From positions 15,376,001-15,440,000 of the forward strand of contig JBHGNT010000015.1 of assembly GCA_043228905.1 (NCBI GenBank): a stretch of DNA of 64,000 nucleotides, given 5' to 3'. A program made the translations under genes and the position numbers. A model generated the notes under the pieces. That model was not told the DNA's origin, did no database searches, and was given only the letters and a program-made list of their open reading frames with translations. Positions 24,901 through 35,700 of this stretch are shown piece by piece; position 1 is the stretch's first letter; the number at the start of each line of letters is the position of its first letter. Source of the DNA: Azolla caroliniana (Eukaryota > Plantae > Polypodiophyta).

Positions 24901-27353
24901 TCTTTGGTGCGAATTGGATAAGCCCACACCTTTCGAGTCGAATCGTCAATAAAACTGACGAAGTAAGAGGCACCGCCGAGAGACTGATGCGGCATTGGGC
25001 CACAGACGTCCGAGTGGACTAAATCGAGAGGTCTCGTTTCTCTTGGTGCTGATGTCGGGTGTGATGCGGCTGCTTGTTTGCCATACTGGCAATGTTCGCA
25101 GAATTGATGGTCCGAGAAGGAGAGTTTAGGGATGTATCCGGCTCTAGATAGGTGCGTAATGCCGACCTTGCTGAGGTGTCCTAATCTTCTGTGCCATATT
25201 GATGACACAGGAATATCCACCAAAAACAGGTTACCCTCTCTGAGCGTAACATGTAACGGATACAGTGAGTGTATCTTGGGTCCTCTAGCAAGCAGGAGGT
25301 TCCCCCTGTGGAGTGTCCACCCTCCCGAAGAAAAACCGGCACGAATGCCGTCTTCATCTAGTTGTCCGACTGAGATCAATGGCCTTGAGAGCTCGGGTAC
25401 ATGTCGGACATTGTGAAGTACAAGTGTAGATCCACCTGCAAGGTTGAGCTCTACTGTGCCGATTCCAATGATGTCACAGTGTTGCGAGTTGCCGACTCGA
25501 ACTGAGTCGGAGTGACGGATCGTATATTGCCGAAATTGGGATCGATGAGGAGTCACGTGAAATGACGCGCCCGAATCTAAGAGCCATGTGCTCGATTCTT
25601 CAGTCGTGAGCAGAACTTCTGATCCGACTGGATTTTCGATTGATAGTATATTCGGGTCGTTTGGTAGCACATCAGCTGAGAAGCTGACGTAATTGATCTC
25701 CTCATGCCGGCCACTCTTCTTGTCTGATTTCTGAGACTTGTCGTTCTTGTTCTTGAGTGCGCGGCAGTCGGCTTTGATGTGTCCGGGTTTCTTGCAATAG
25801 TTGCAGATTCGATTATCCCGTGACTGGCTCCGTCTTCGCTGATTGTTCGGCTGCCGTGAGGAATCTCTTCCTCGTATGTTCGATCGGTCTGTCGAACCTT
25901 GTACTACATAAGCGTCGTCTGTTGAGTCTTTGGCGAAAGACTTTCTCCGAGCTGCTTCGGTCAGGATTGCGCTCGTGACTTCGGAGTATTTAACAGCCGT
26001 GGTTGACGCGTTGCACACGGTTGTGACGAAAGTTTCCCATGATGAGGGAAGGCTGCTCATGAGTATCATTGCTCTGAGTTCATCCTCGATTGCCGTCCCC
26101 TGAGATGAGATTTGGGAGCTTATGCTTTCGTACTCATTGAGATGTGCTTGAACCGAATCTGATTCTTTCATCCTCAAGTTGTAGAGGCGCCGGATCAGGA
26201 ACATCTTCGTTGCAGCGACCTTTTTTTCGTAGGTGTCCGACAGTGTTTTCCACAGTTCGAATGCTGTCGTACACGATTGCACCGTAAAGTATACCGATTC
26301 CGATAGGTGCATCCGAATCGTGGCGCGGACGATTTTGTCCAGCTTCTGCCACTCAATTGGTTTGTATTCTTCTGGAGGTGCTTCACTTTCGATGGGATCG
26401 ATTTGCCCCTTGACTATGAGATAGTCCTGCATTTGCTCCTTCCAGAAGTTGAAGTTCGATCCATCGAACTTTCGTAGACTCATTTCTGACGAGCCGGATG
26501 TTGATGTCATGACTCTGCCCTAAGTCGGCTACGAACTTTGGTGAAGTGCAGCGGTTTGGCCCACTCAGTGTCGTTCTAGCCGAAGTTGGACACAAGTGAT
26601 GTTGATTACGGAGAATCGGGGATTTGGTTCGGATTGACTACCGACAACTGTCTTAGTCGAGTTGAACCTAGATTTAGCGATCCGACAGTACTTCAAGCCG
26701 ATTCGGTTTCGGTTGACTGCAACAGTGAGAGCAATGGAACCGACTGGTCCTTCCGATTATTGTCCAATCGAATGAAACGCGAACTGGGGTTGTCCTTGAA
26801 GTCGTCGTTGTGCAGGAAGCCCACCTCAAGTAGTTACGATCAAGGAAGTAGAGTACAGCCGACTGGCTTACTCCGAGTGATGATCTAACGCAGCGAGATT
26901 CAAGCTTGTGTTTGCCTACTTTCTTCTCTGTTTCTTCGAATGACGCGAGAAACCGAATGCTTTGCAGACTAGGATGAAGCGAAAGGCCGAATACTGTGCA
27001 GGCTGTGTTGACGGCCGACAGCGGGTTGAGGGACCAGGCTCTGATACCAAATGTTGTAGACAAGGCCGTCAATGCGGAAGATCAAGTAGCATTCGATTGG
27101 GGTTGAGTACCTGCGTATGACAGTTTCCAAGATCGTGCACAAAGATAGAGAGAGGGAGAGAGAGGAGGCACACAAGACTCTTTCTATTCAATAGAAACAA
27201 TAATACAACCAACCTTACAAAAAGGTTACTAGGTCACTTTATATAGTGACCGACTTAGGGCAACTACCATTTATGCTAATTACACAAATGGCCCAAACTT
27301 GAGCTATACAAAGGGATAGTGTGAATACGTCCATTATACACTTGTATTCGACA
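21983..27353 (-). mobile_element. Full-length Ty1/copia LTR retrotransposon A (young, apparently intact)
   Basis: 302-bp LTRs at 21983-22284 and 27052-27353 (one mismatch seen), TG..CA ends, TSD GGTTC, PBS tggtatcagagc (tRNA-iMet type, 27038-27049), PPT next to 22285, single uninterrupted polyprotein. Confidence 0.98.
22479..26510 (-). CDS. Copia Gag-Pol polyprotein, 1343 aa (Gag, CCHC knuckle, protease, integrase, RT, RNase H)
   Basis: CNYCKKPGHIKADC, WLLDSGASFH, HSDVCGP...RTDNGGEF...NGIAERMNRT, LDVKTAFLHG, IYVDDML, GYTDSDFAG...ADGMTK in copia order PR-IN-RT-RH. Confidence 0.97.
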   Translation of the reverse strand: MTSTSGSSEMSLRKFDGSNFNFWKEQMQDYLIVKGQIDPIESEAPPEEYKPIEWQKLDKIVRATIRMHLSESVYFTVQSCTTAFELWKTLSDTYEKKVAATKMFLIRRLYNLRMKESDSVQAHLNEYESISSQISSQGTAIEDELRAMILMSSLPSSWETFVTTVCNASTTAVKYSEVTSAILTEAARRKSFAKDSTDDAYVVQGSTDRSNIRGRDSSRQPNNQRRRSQSRDNRICNYCKKPGHIKADCRALKNKNDKSQKSDKKSGRHEEINYVSFSADVLPNDPNILSIENPVGSEVLLTTEESSTWLLDSGASFHVTPHRSQFRQYTIRHSDSVRVGNSQHCDIIGIGTVELNLAGGSTLVLHNVRHVPELSRPLISVGQLDEDGIRAGFSSGGWTLHRGNLLLARGPKIHSLYPLHVTLREGNLFLVDIPVSSIWHRRLGHLSKVGITHLSRAGYIPKLSFSDHQFCEHCQYGKQAAASHPTSAPRETRPLDLVHSDVCGPMPHQSLGGASYFVSFIDDSTRKVWAYPIRTKDRVFSIFSDWLAMVENQTDRKLKCFRTDNGGEFKSEEFVKFCRQRGIRREFTAPHSPEQNGIAERMNRTIQERIVSMLQHSGLSDGFWAEALLTAVHIINMSPSRPLGLQIPQELWIGSKPNYDKLRIFGCEAYALIPKDDRRKLAPRSRKCIFLGYGSDGEMGYRLWDPERRQIVRSSDVVFNESAMNPSVETPIEVRRVTFSDVPTLQESPALNTRSASRVAEPYTTDSDNSDSAQQNNSLSDHPTSIPDTTSPIIPRRSERLSQPPERYSPGIFFTDAGEPTSYEEASTSVDSATWHLAMESEMNSIRANKTWDLVELPKNRRALPCKWVYRLKETSDSTTPKYKARLVAKGFRQEYGVDFDEIFSPVVKMTTLRFLLGVVAADNLELIQLDVKTAFLHGDLEEEIYMEQPQGFVATGQEHLVCRLRKSLYGLKQAPRQWYKKFDDFIQSIGFSKSDENHCLFTNTAQDGSPIFLIIYVDDMLISGRHAGELADLIRQLRLKFAMKDLGPARHILGMKISRHRDKRHLFLSQTDYIGRVLERFNMQSAKSASTPLPMNLRLSQRDCPTSGPEGEDMKSVPYAPVVGSLMYLMVATRPDISHAVGVVSRFMHNPGRSHWNAVKHVFKYLAGTKDHGILFGPNSTSGVVGYTDSDFAGCIDSRKSTTGYCFKFGNGAISWKSKLQECTATSTTEAEYVAASDAAKEALWLGRLAHTFRQVDHDSAPVVYSDSQGVVALSKNPVHHNASKHIDVRYHFVRDCVISGKIGLEKISTTDNVADGMTKCLSADRFRSLRHQMGVTTNQSG

Positions 27354-27374
27354 GGTTCTACGGTTCATGAGATT

Positions 27375-27593
27375 AAGGTTAAGCCTAAACCGGTTTGGGG
27401 GTTTCCAAACCTGAACTGAACCGGTTTAGCCAAGCCGATTAAGCCTTAACTGGCTTGGTAACCGGTTTATGCTTAACCGGTTTGAGCAATCCCAAACCGA
27501 GCTCAAACCGGTTAAGGAAGCTTAAGCCTGAACTGAACCGTTGCCGATTACACGGTTCGGTTTAGGCTTGAGCCGAGATGTTGCCGATTCCTA
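27375..27593. mobile_element. One-ended remnant of an hAT-type MITE
   Basis: Dense aaccgg/cggttt motifs ending gttgccgattccta, similar to the right TIR of the 41747-42268 MITE (gttgccgattgtta). No left TIR found. Confidence 0.6.
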
Positions 27594-27599
27594 AAGGAG

Positions 27600-28420
27600 G
27601 TCATCACCAAATGGAACCCAAAACCTTGCACAAATCTTTTGCTTCTTGCCAATTCCTAGATGAACTACTTTTTTTCAAGCAAGAAGCAAAAGAAAGGGTG
27701 TGTGACTACATTCGATGTACCAAAACCTTGCACAAATGACAAACACATGAGTAAGTCCATTGAAGGGATATATAACTCCACATTGCAACTTGTTAATAGC
27801 TTGAACCTATAAGTCCTTTGTAAATGTTTGTTCAATAATGATGACCCTTGAGGATTCCATAATGGGCCCTCTAAACACCTACTTTAACGTCTACCAATCC
27901 AAGGGAAGCCCTTAATAATGCTCAACAAACTATGCACTACATGAGAACATTAGATGCCCCATGTGTCAAGGCCATCACATGGGGCATGAATTCCCATACT
28001 TCAACTAAAATAGGTTGTAATATTGCTCATGGTGTAAGGTATTCATCATGCATCACCATGACACCTATTGGAAGGCACCTAATGGTGGGTTCAAATCAGG
28101 GCCACTAGTTCAACATTCTAAATCGTCGCCTTTAGTTAATTGTCCATTCTCACAAGGCATTTTACCCCCACAATCTCCACTTCCACAAGTAGCAGCTTGG
28201 TTACCTAAGCTACAATATGAACATTACAAATAAGGACAAGCAACATTGGTTGCAAGTGTGCCTTGAGATAAAGTGCTTCATTTGTCAAGGTCCACACATG
28301 GTAAATGAATGCCCTAGAGAACATGAATTTTATAATCTCGTTGTCCATCAACCATGCTAGAACCATAGAGGTATTTCATTACTAGCTACACATGAACAAA
28401 CCAACAAGCCCAATATCTAT
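27600..28420 (+). pseudogene. Highly degenerate gypsy-like gag remnant
   Basis: Zinc knuckle KCFICQGPHMVNECP near 28271-28315; ERVCDYIR near 27690; many stops. Confidence 0.5.
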
Positions 28421-29279
28421 TTGTATGGTTTCAAAGAGAAGCCACATAGCCACATGCTCTAGATGTGGCACGGAACACCTAGTCCTTTATGCTTTTGGAG
28501 AAGAAAAAGAAAGTTGGTAGCAACTTATTAGTTGTACCATTGGAAGTTGGGGCAAACAAAGTAACTTGTGCTTAAAGCATAACTCAAAATCTAGACAAAC
28601 ATGAGCAATGAACTTGAACAACATATAACTAGAAAAGGATATTGTGGAAATCTAAATGTAAATCTAGCAAAGCATCTTGCGTGATGAATATGAGGTGAGA
28701 ACCAATGATAAACGTGTTGATAAATTTCTTGCTCATTTAGCGGCTTATCCAAATCCAATCGAGGATATATATGTCATGCACAAGAGTAGATCAACTTGCT
28801 TCAACGAGAAGCACAACACAAATTCTTGTAGGCCAACTTGAGAAGTAAGCTTACTACAAAGACAAGCAAGGCATAGTGGTGAACCAAATCTTTTGGGTGT
28901 ATGGGGTAGAATTCTACCTAACTTTTATAGTCATAAAGTCAACAAAAGAAGTAGTGTATGATTGTTTGTTAGGACACTCCTTCCTCAAAATTAGTTATTT
29001 GGTCGTTATTCACAGTTGAACTCAACTTCCCATAGAGATAGGTTTCACATTAGCTCATGGACACACCAGGCTAGTTTTGTAAATAGTTGAAAGGGCACTT
29101 GCCCTAGCCTAGTTGGTATTTAAACCAACCCTTTGTAACTTAGTTGTGTTGGAAGTTATATATAGTTTCTTGTTCTCTCTCTCTCTCTCTCTCTCTTGGT
29201 GAAAACACACAATTATATTAATAAATGTGTGTAAAAAATACTACTTACAATGGGTGTGACAATGGAGTATGGTCACCCA

Positions 29280-32200
29280 CTAATTACAGTACATGGGTAG
29301 TGGAACATGTTGAATTGCCAATAGGCAAGGCGAACACTCCACCGAGGAAAGAATTTCCACTTGCTCCAATAAAGAAAATTGCCACATTAGTACTCCCTTC
29401 AACTTTCGTAGATATGCTTTCACCCCATGTCTACCATCGAATACAAAAGCGTTGCGCATATTCCAATTATGACGCAATCCCCAATATCTTAGAAATAGAA
29501 AAACAATCTCCATCTCTGATTTTGGGTCAACCTGTGTAAATTGTGTAAACACCCACTGTCTAGGTGTCAAATAACACCGTGATAAGACTTGCCAAATTTG
29601 AGAAATATAATTCCAAATCTGACAAGCAATCGGACATTGTATAAATTGATGACTACTATCTTCCATTTGAACAGTGCAAAAGAAGCAATTACCAGTTGTT
29701 AGTCCACGACGCTTTAGAGCTAATCCCAAAGGCAATCCTCCAATCAAAACTCTCCAAATGAAGACATTTGCTACAAGTGGCAATTTAGAATGCCAACTAC
29801 GTTGTAAGATCTACCACCACCCATGATCGGATTTGTGTATTCCCCATTCTTTTTCAACTTTAGATGATAACCATCCAAGAGAGTCAACAGAGCAATGATA
29901 CAAAAGATTAGTAGTCACATGTAACAACGATGTTTGACCCTTTAAACACCAATCAATCCACAGTTGTTCTCCTATTTGTAGAGGTAAGGGACCTTGCATC
30001 AATGGAATATTTTGTAGTTGTTGCCAAATAAACCCATAATTAGGTGGAATGCGTAATAATTGTCGCACTTCAACAAACTCCGAAATTCTTTGAGATGGAT
30101 CCTCAACTATATCTCCTAGCTCTTTGACCCCCAAACGAAACAAATGATTAAATTGAGAGCGCAATCTCTCATTTCTTGGCCAACATAATAACCAAGAAAA
30201 CACAATCAACGCTTTTTGCAAAGTATTACAATGCTCTCTACTAGGTGATGGTTTCCATACACATAACAAGAGTGCTTCTTGCCATGAGGTAACCAAGTGT
30301 TGAACACATATAGAGCCCGGAATCCTAAGTGAAACACATCCATTCAGTAATTGCCACCATGAAGCCTTAATCGTTGTCCTCACATGTGTTAAACCCTTGT
30401 TCTCAATGAAATCTTGAACAATAGATATCCATGGTTGTGAGTTTGAACACATGTCTTGTAATAATGAAAATCTACGAGCCATCATATGCTTAGATAAGTT
30501 CAATATTCCAGCTCCCCCCAAATGCTTAGGGGTTGCTAGATGATTCCAGGCAACCCAAGTGATTCCCATCTTATCCCTCTTCTTCCACAACAAATATCGA
30601 AGAGGTTGCAAAATAGAATGCAAAGTATTCTTTGTCTATGACAACAATGACAAGTAATATAGTATCATGAGTTCCATAATATATTGTACAACCTTCAAGC
30701 GTACATGAAATGGCCACGATTGTTACTTCCAATACATGAACTTATCCCTCAACTTACTAGACATCCATTCAATCAATTGACCATTTGTAGCATTCATTCC
30801 TAATGGATAGCCCAAGTGTAAAAAAATAGAGCCTTTCTTCACCACAGATCCTTGTCATCCTAAACATTCCAAATTCCCTTCAGTACATGATATTAGACTT
30901 GACTTCCTCCAATTAATATGTAATCTGGAAGCCAATGCAAAGTGGTTCCATACAAGCATCCCCTTCTCAAGATTCCCTCGTGAGGCTTGTAAAAACATGA
31001 AAGAATCATTAGCCAAAGCTTGTGCTACTAGTTGCCCTCCAAATGGAAGGTGTAGACCCACAATGTCACCATTTGTTGCAAGCCTTGGTAACATCACTAA
31101 CAAGCGATGAGTAACAATAGCAAACAACAATGGGCTAAGAGGGCATCCTTGACGAACGGATCCTGTGAGGGAAATATCTGATGTAACTCCCCCATTAAGC
31201 ATTACTCGAGACACCACATCTTTTCCTACTAAAAATATGAGGCGAGACATACGAGGTCCAAAGCCCATTGTATGCATTAATCTAGAAACAAAGGCCCAAT
31301 TAACATGACCATAAGATTTCTCCAAATCTAATTGCACCATAATCAATTCTTGATGAGTGTTTCAAGCATAATCCATGGCCATTTGAACATTCAACACATT
31401 ATGCAATATATTCCTACCCGCAACAAAACCATATTGGGCGGGATGTATCAACTTTGGCAAATACTTTTGTAATCTATTTGCCAAGACCTTTGTAAATATC
31501 TTATACAACCCCCCGATCAAAGAAATAGGTCTCCATTGATGAAATGACTCGGGAGATGCCACCTTTGGAACTAATTTAATTAGACCAACCTTCCAAGCTT
31601 GAGGCATACGACCAGAATCCCAAGAATGTGGAAACATCAAAGTTAATAGCCCCTTTAAAATGTTCGAATATCGCTTAAAAACTTCATTTGTCAACCCATC
31701 CCAACCAGGGCTCTTACCACTAGGAAGATGCCTTAAAACTGTGGCCACCTCATCCTCAGTGAAATCCACATCTAATTCATGACTAGTGAGATCATGCACA
31801 ATACATCCAACCACATCATAAAACTCATGACGTGCTCTACTCACATCATTTGTCATTAACAATTGTGGGCCAATCAACTCCTTAAAGTAATGAACACACA
31901 TGTCAATTATTGTAGTAGGATCCACTATCCATTCATCCCCTTGTTTCACATGTACCACATTAGATCGAGCATAAGTAGGATGTAATGCTTGGAAAAACAA
32001 ATGAGATTGACATTGATTATCTATGAGCCCATCCCTCAATTGTCACATCTTTGCATAACGATAACTTTGGCATTGCAATTGAGAAATAATAACATGCAAT
32101 TGACTTTGGATATCCAAAAGCTCCTCATCTAATGGTGCATGTATCAATAATGCATTGCACCTGGAGAGAACTTGTGAGAATTGTCGAAGAAGACCTCTTC

Positions 32201-32721
32201 TTCGTTGAGCATTAGTTACTCCATACATACGATGAATGATCTTAATGTTTTGTAACGTGATATCCCATGCTTTCACTCCTTTAAGATTCATTTCTTGTGA
32301 AAAATTTACCAAAATTTGCTCCATGAGAGAATCAAAGTGAGGTTGAAGCAAAAGAGACGAGTTAAAGCGTAATGGAGTCTTTCCAAGTAATGATTTATAC
32401 ATGTCAATTGCATGATTATAAACCTCCAAACAATTAGGAAAGTGATATGAAGTTCCTACATCTTGTAGAACTTTCATACGAAGTGATGGTGGTAAAAAAG
32501 AATCATTGTGCATCACATACATTCTATCTAACCGACTCCATGTTTGTCTATGTTGAGCGGATTGGAAAGTAAAACCTGGATCATTCCCATACAACCATGT
32601 CCAAACATCCAACTTCAGAGCCTCCATAGCCAATGCATCCCAAGCATGTTGCTCAGGATCATCCATGATTGAATGTTCAAACATAGATTGAGATGCATCA
32701 ACACACATGTTAAAATCACTC
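29280..32721 (-). pseudogene. LINE ORF2, 3' part (endonuclease C-terminus, RT, zf-RVT) with stops and frameshifts
   Basis: WSRLDRMY, KSPGWDGLTNE, WRPISLIGGLYKIFTKVLANRL, LDLEKSY, VRQGCPLSPLLF, ALANDS, CFFCTVQMEDSSHQFIQC. Confidence 0.92.
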
Positions 32722-32726
32722 ATAAG

Positions 32727-35700
32727 TGTTGGGGATGAGGTCGTCTATGCGGAAGATCAAGCAGCATTCGATTGCTGTTGAGTACCTGCGTATAACAGAA
32801 TCATAGATCGTGCACAGAGAGAGAGAGAGAGAGAGGCACAAAAGAGTTTCTTATTGCACAACGTAATGATACAACACCCAACCTCACAAAAAGGTTGCAA
32901 GGTCACTATATATAGTGACCGACTTAGGGCAACTACCCTTTATGCTAATTACATAAATGGCCAAAACGAGATAGTGTGAATACGTCCATTATACACATGT
33001 ATTCGACACTCCCCCGTAATGGGCGTATACATGGGTTATCTAAGATTACAGGTATAGACTTGGGTTCTCGGACATATCAGCTTTGTTCGAGTCGGCAGGG
33101 TCCGAAGGCAGAAGACCGAACTGGTCGGGTCGGAACGGTTGAAGCCGATCATTAAGGAACTGATGTCGGTTGTCGGGAACCATCCTGCTCTGTGTCCGGC
33201 TCTAACCGGACTGGTTTGTCGTTACGCCCATCTGATGCCGAAGAGACCGAAAACGGTCTGCCGAAAGACAATTGGTCATTCCATCTGCGACATTGTCGGT
33301 TGTGGATATTTTCTCTAGACCGATTTTCCCTGAAATGACGCAGTCCCGAACGAAGTGATATCGAACGTCGATATGTTTGGAGGCGTTGTGGTGAACCGGA
33401 TTTTTCGACAAGGCAACAGCACCTTGACTGTCGCTGTAGACAACTGGAGCCGAGTCATGGTCGACTTGTCGAAACGTGTGCGCCAGCCGACCGAGCCACA
33501 AAGCTTCTTTTGCTGCGTTGGACGCAGCTACATATTCTGCTTCGGTCGTTGAGGTCGCTGTGCACTCCTGAAGTTTCGACTTCCACGAGATTGCTCCATT
33601 GCCGAATTTGAAGCAGTATCCGGTTGTTGATTTCCGACTGTCTATACAGCCGGCGAAATCCGAGTCGGTGTAACCGACTACGCCTGAGGTTCGGTTCGGA
33701 CCGAAAAGAATGCCATGGTCTTTTGTGCCAGCCAGATATCTGAACACATGCTTGACTGCGTTCCAATGCGATCGGCCAGGATTGTGCATAAATCTGCTAA
33801 CGACTCCTACGGCATGAGAGATATCAGGCCGTGTCGCGACCATCAGGTACATAAGGGAGCCGACTACCGGTGCATACGGTACCGACTTCATATCTTCCCT
33901 CTCCGGACCGGATGTCGGGCAGTCTCGCTGAGAGAGCCGAAGATTCATGGGGAGCGGGGTTGAAGCAGATTTGGCTGATTGCATGTTGAAGCGTTCCAAG
34001 ACACGTCCGATATAGTCGGTCTGAGACAAAAAAAGATGTCGTTTATCGCGATGCCGACTAATCTTCATGCCAAGGATGTGTCGTGCCGGACCGAGGTCCT
34101 TCATGGCAAACTTCAACCGCAGTTGCCGAACGAGATCGGCAAGTTCGCCCGCGTGGCGTCCAGAAATTAGCATGTCGTCCACGTAAATGATGAGGAAGAT
34201 GGGTGATCCATCTTGAGCTGTGTTGGTGAAGAGACAATGGTCCTCATCGCTTTTGGAGAAGCCGATCGATTGGATGAAGTCGTCGAACTTCTTGTACCAT
34301 TGTCGTGGTGCCTGTTTGAGGCCGTATAGACTCTTCCTGAGTCGGCAGACTAGATGTTCTTGGCCAGTTGCCACGAAGCCTTTTGGCTGCTCCATATAAA
34401 TTTCCTCTTCAAGATCACCATGGAGGAAGGCTGTTTTGACATCTAGCTGAATCAGCTCCAAGTTGTCGGCTGCCACTACGCCGAGTAGGAAACGGAGGGT
34501 TGTCATTTTCACCACTGGTGAAAAAATCTCGTCGAAGTCGACGCCATATTCTTGTCGGAAGCCCTTCGCAACTAATCTGGCCTTGTACTTTGGGGTGGTC
34601 GAATCAGACGTCTCTTTTAGTCGATAAACCCACTTGCAAGGAAGAGCACGTCGGTTCCTAGGTAATTCGACCAGATCCCAAGTCTTGTTTGCCCGAATGG
34701 AGTGCATTTCCGACTCCATCGCCAGATGCCAGGTGGCGGAATCGACAGATGTCGATGCTTCTTCGTAAGACGTCGGTTCGCCGGCGTCGGTGAAGAAAAT
34801 TCCAGGAGAATACCTCTCCGGAGGTTGCGATAGTCTCTCGGATCGTCGAGGTATGATTGGACTGGTCGCATCGGGTATCGAGGTCGGATGGTCCGAAAGC
34901 GGATTGTTCTGCTGTGCCGAGTCGGAGTTGTCCGAGTCGGTAGTGTAAGGTTCAGCTACCCGTGAAGCTGACCGTGTGTTGAGAGCGGGGCCTTCTTGAA
35001 GGGTCGGCACATCGGAAAATGTTACCCTTCGGACTTCGATCGGTTTTTCGACTGATGGAGTCATAGCCGACTCGTTGAACACAACGTCCGAACTTCGAAC
35101 GATTTGTCTGCGTTCGGGGTCCCAGAGTCGGTATCCCATTTCGCCGTCGGATCCATATCCAAGGAGAATGCATTTCCTGGACCGAGGTGCAAGTTTTCGG
35201 CGATCATCTTTCGGAATAAGGGCGTACGCCTCGCATCCGAAGATCCTCAGCTTGTCGTAATTCGGCTTCCTGCCGATCCATAGTTCCTGAGGAATTTGAA
35301 GTCCTAGAGGTCTACTTGGCGATATATTGATTATGTGTACTGCCGTGAGTAGAGCCTCTGCCCAGAAGCCATCCGACAGTCCGGAGTGTTGGAGCATGGA
35401 AACTATCCTTTCTTGGATTGTCCGATTCATTCGTTCTGCAATCCCGTTTTGCTCCGGACTGTGTGGTGCCGTAAATTCACGTCGGATGCCGCGTTGTCGG
35501 CAGAATTTGACGAATTCATCGGATTTGAACTCTCCCCCATTGTCGGTCCGAAGGCATTTCAGCTTTCGGTCGGTTTGATTTTCTACCATAGCGAGCCAAT
35601 CGGTGAAGATCGAGAAGACACGATCTTTGGTGCGAATTGGATAAGCCCACACCTTTCGAGTCGAATCGTCAATAAAACTGACGAAGTAAGAGGCACCGCC

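Noticed and set aside
22632-26424. Many antisense and alternate-frame ORFs repeated in copia A and C
   Set aside because: Shadow ORFs of a GC-richer coding region; they are shared only because A and C are near-identical.
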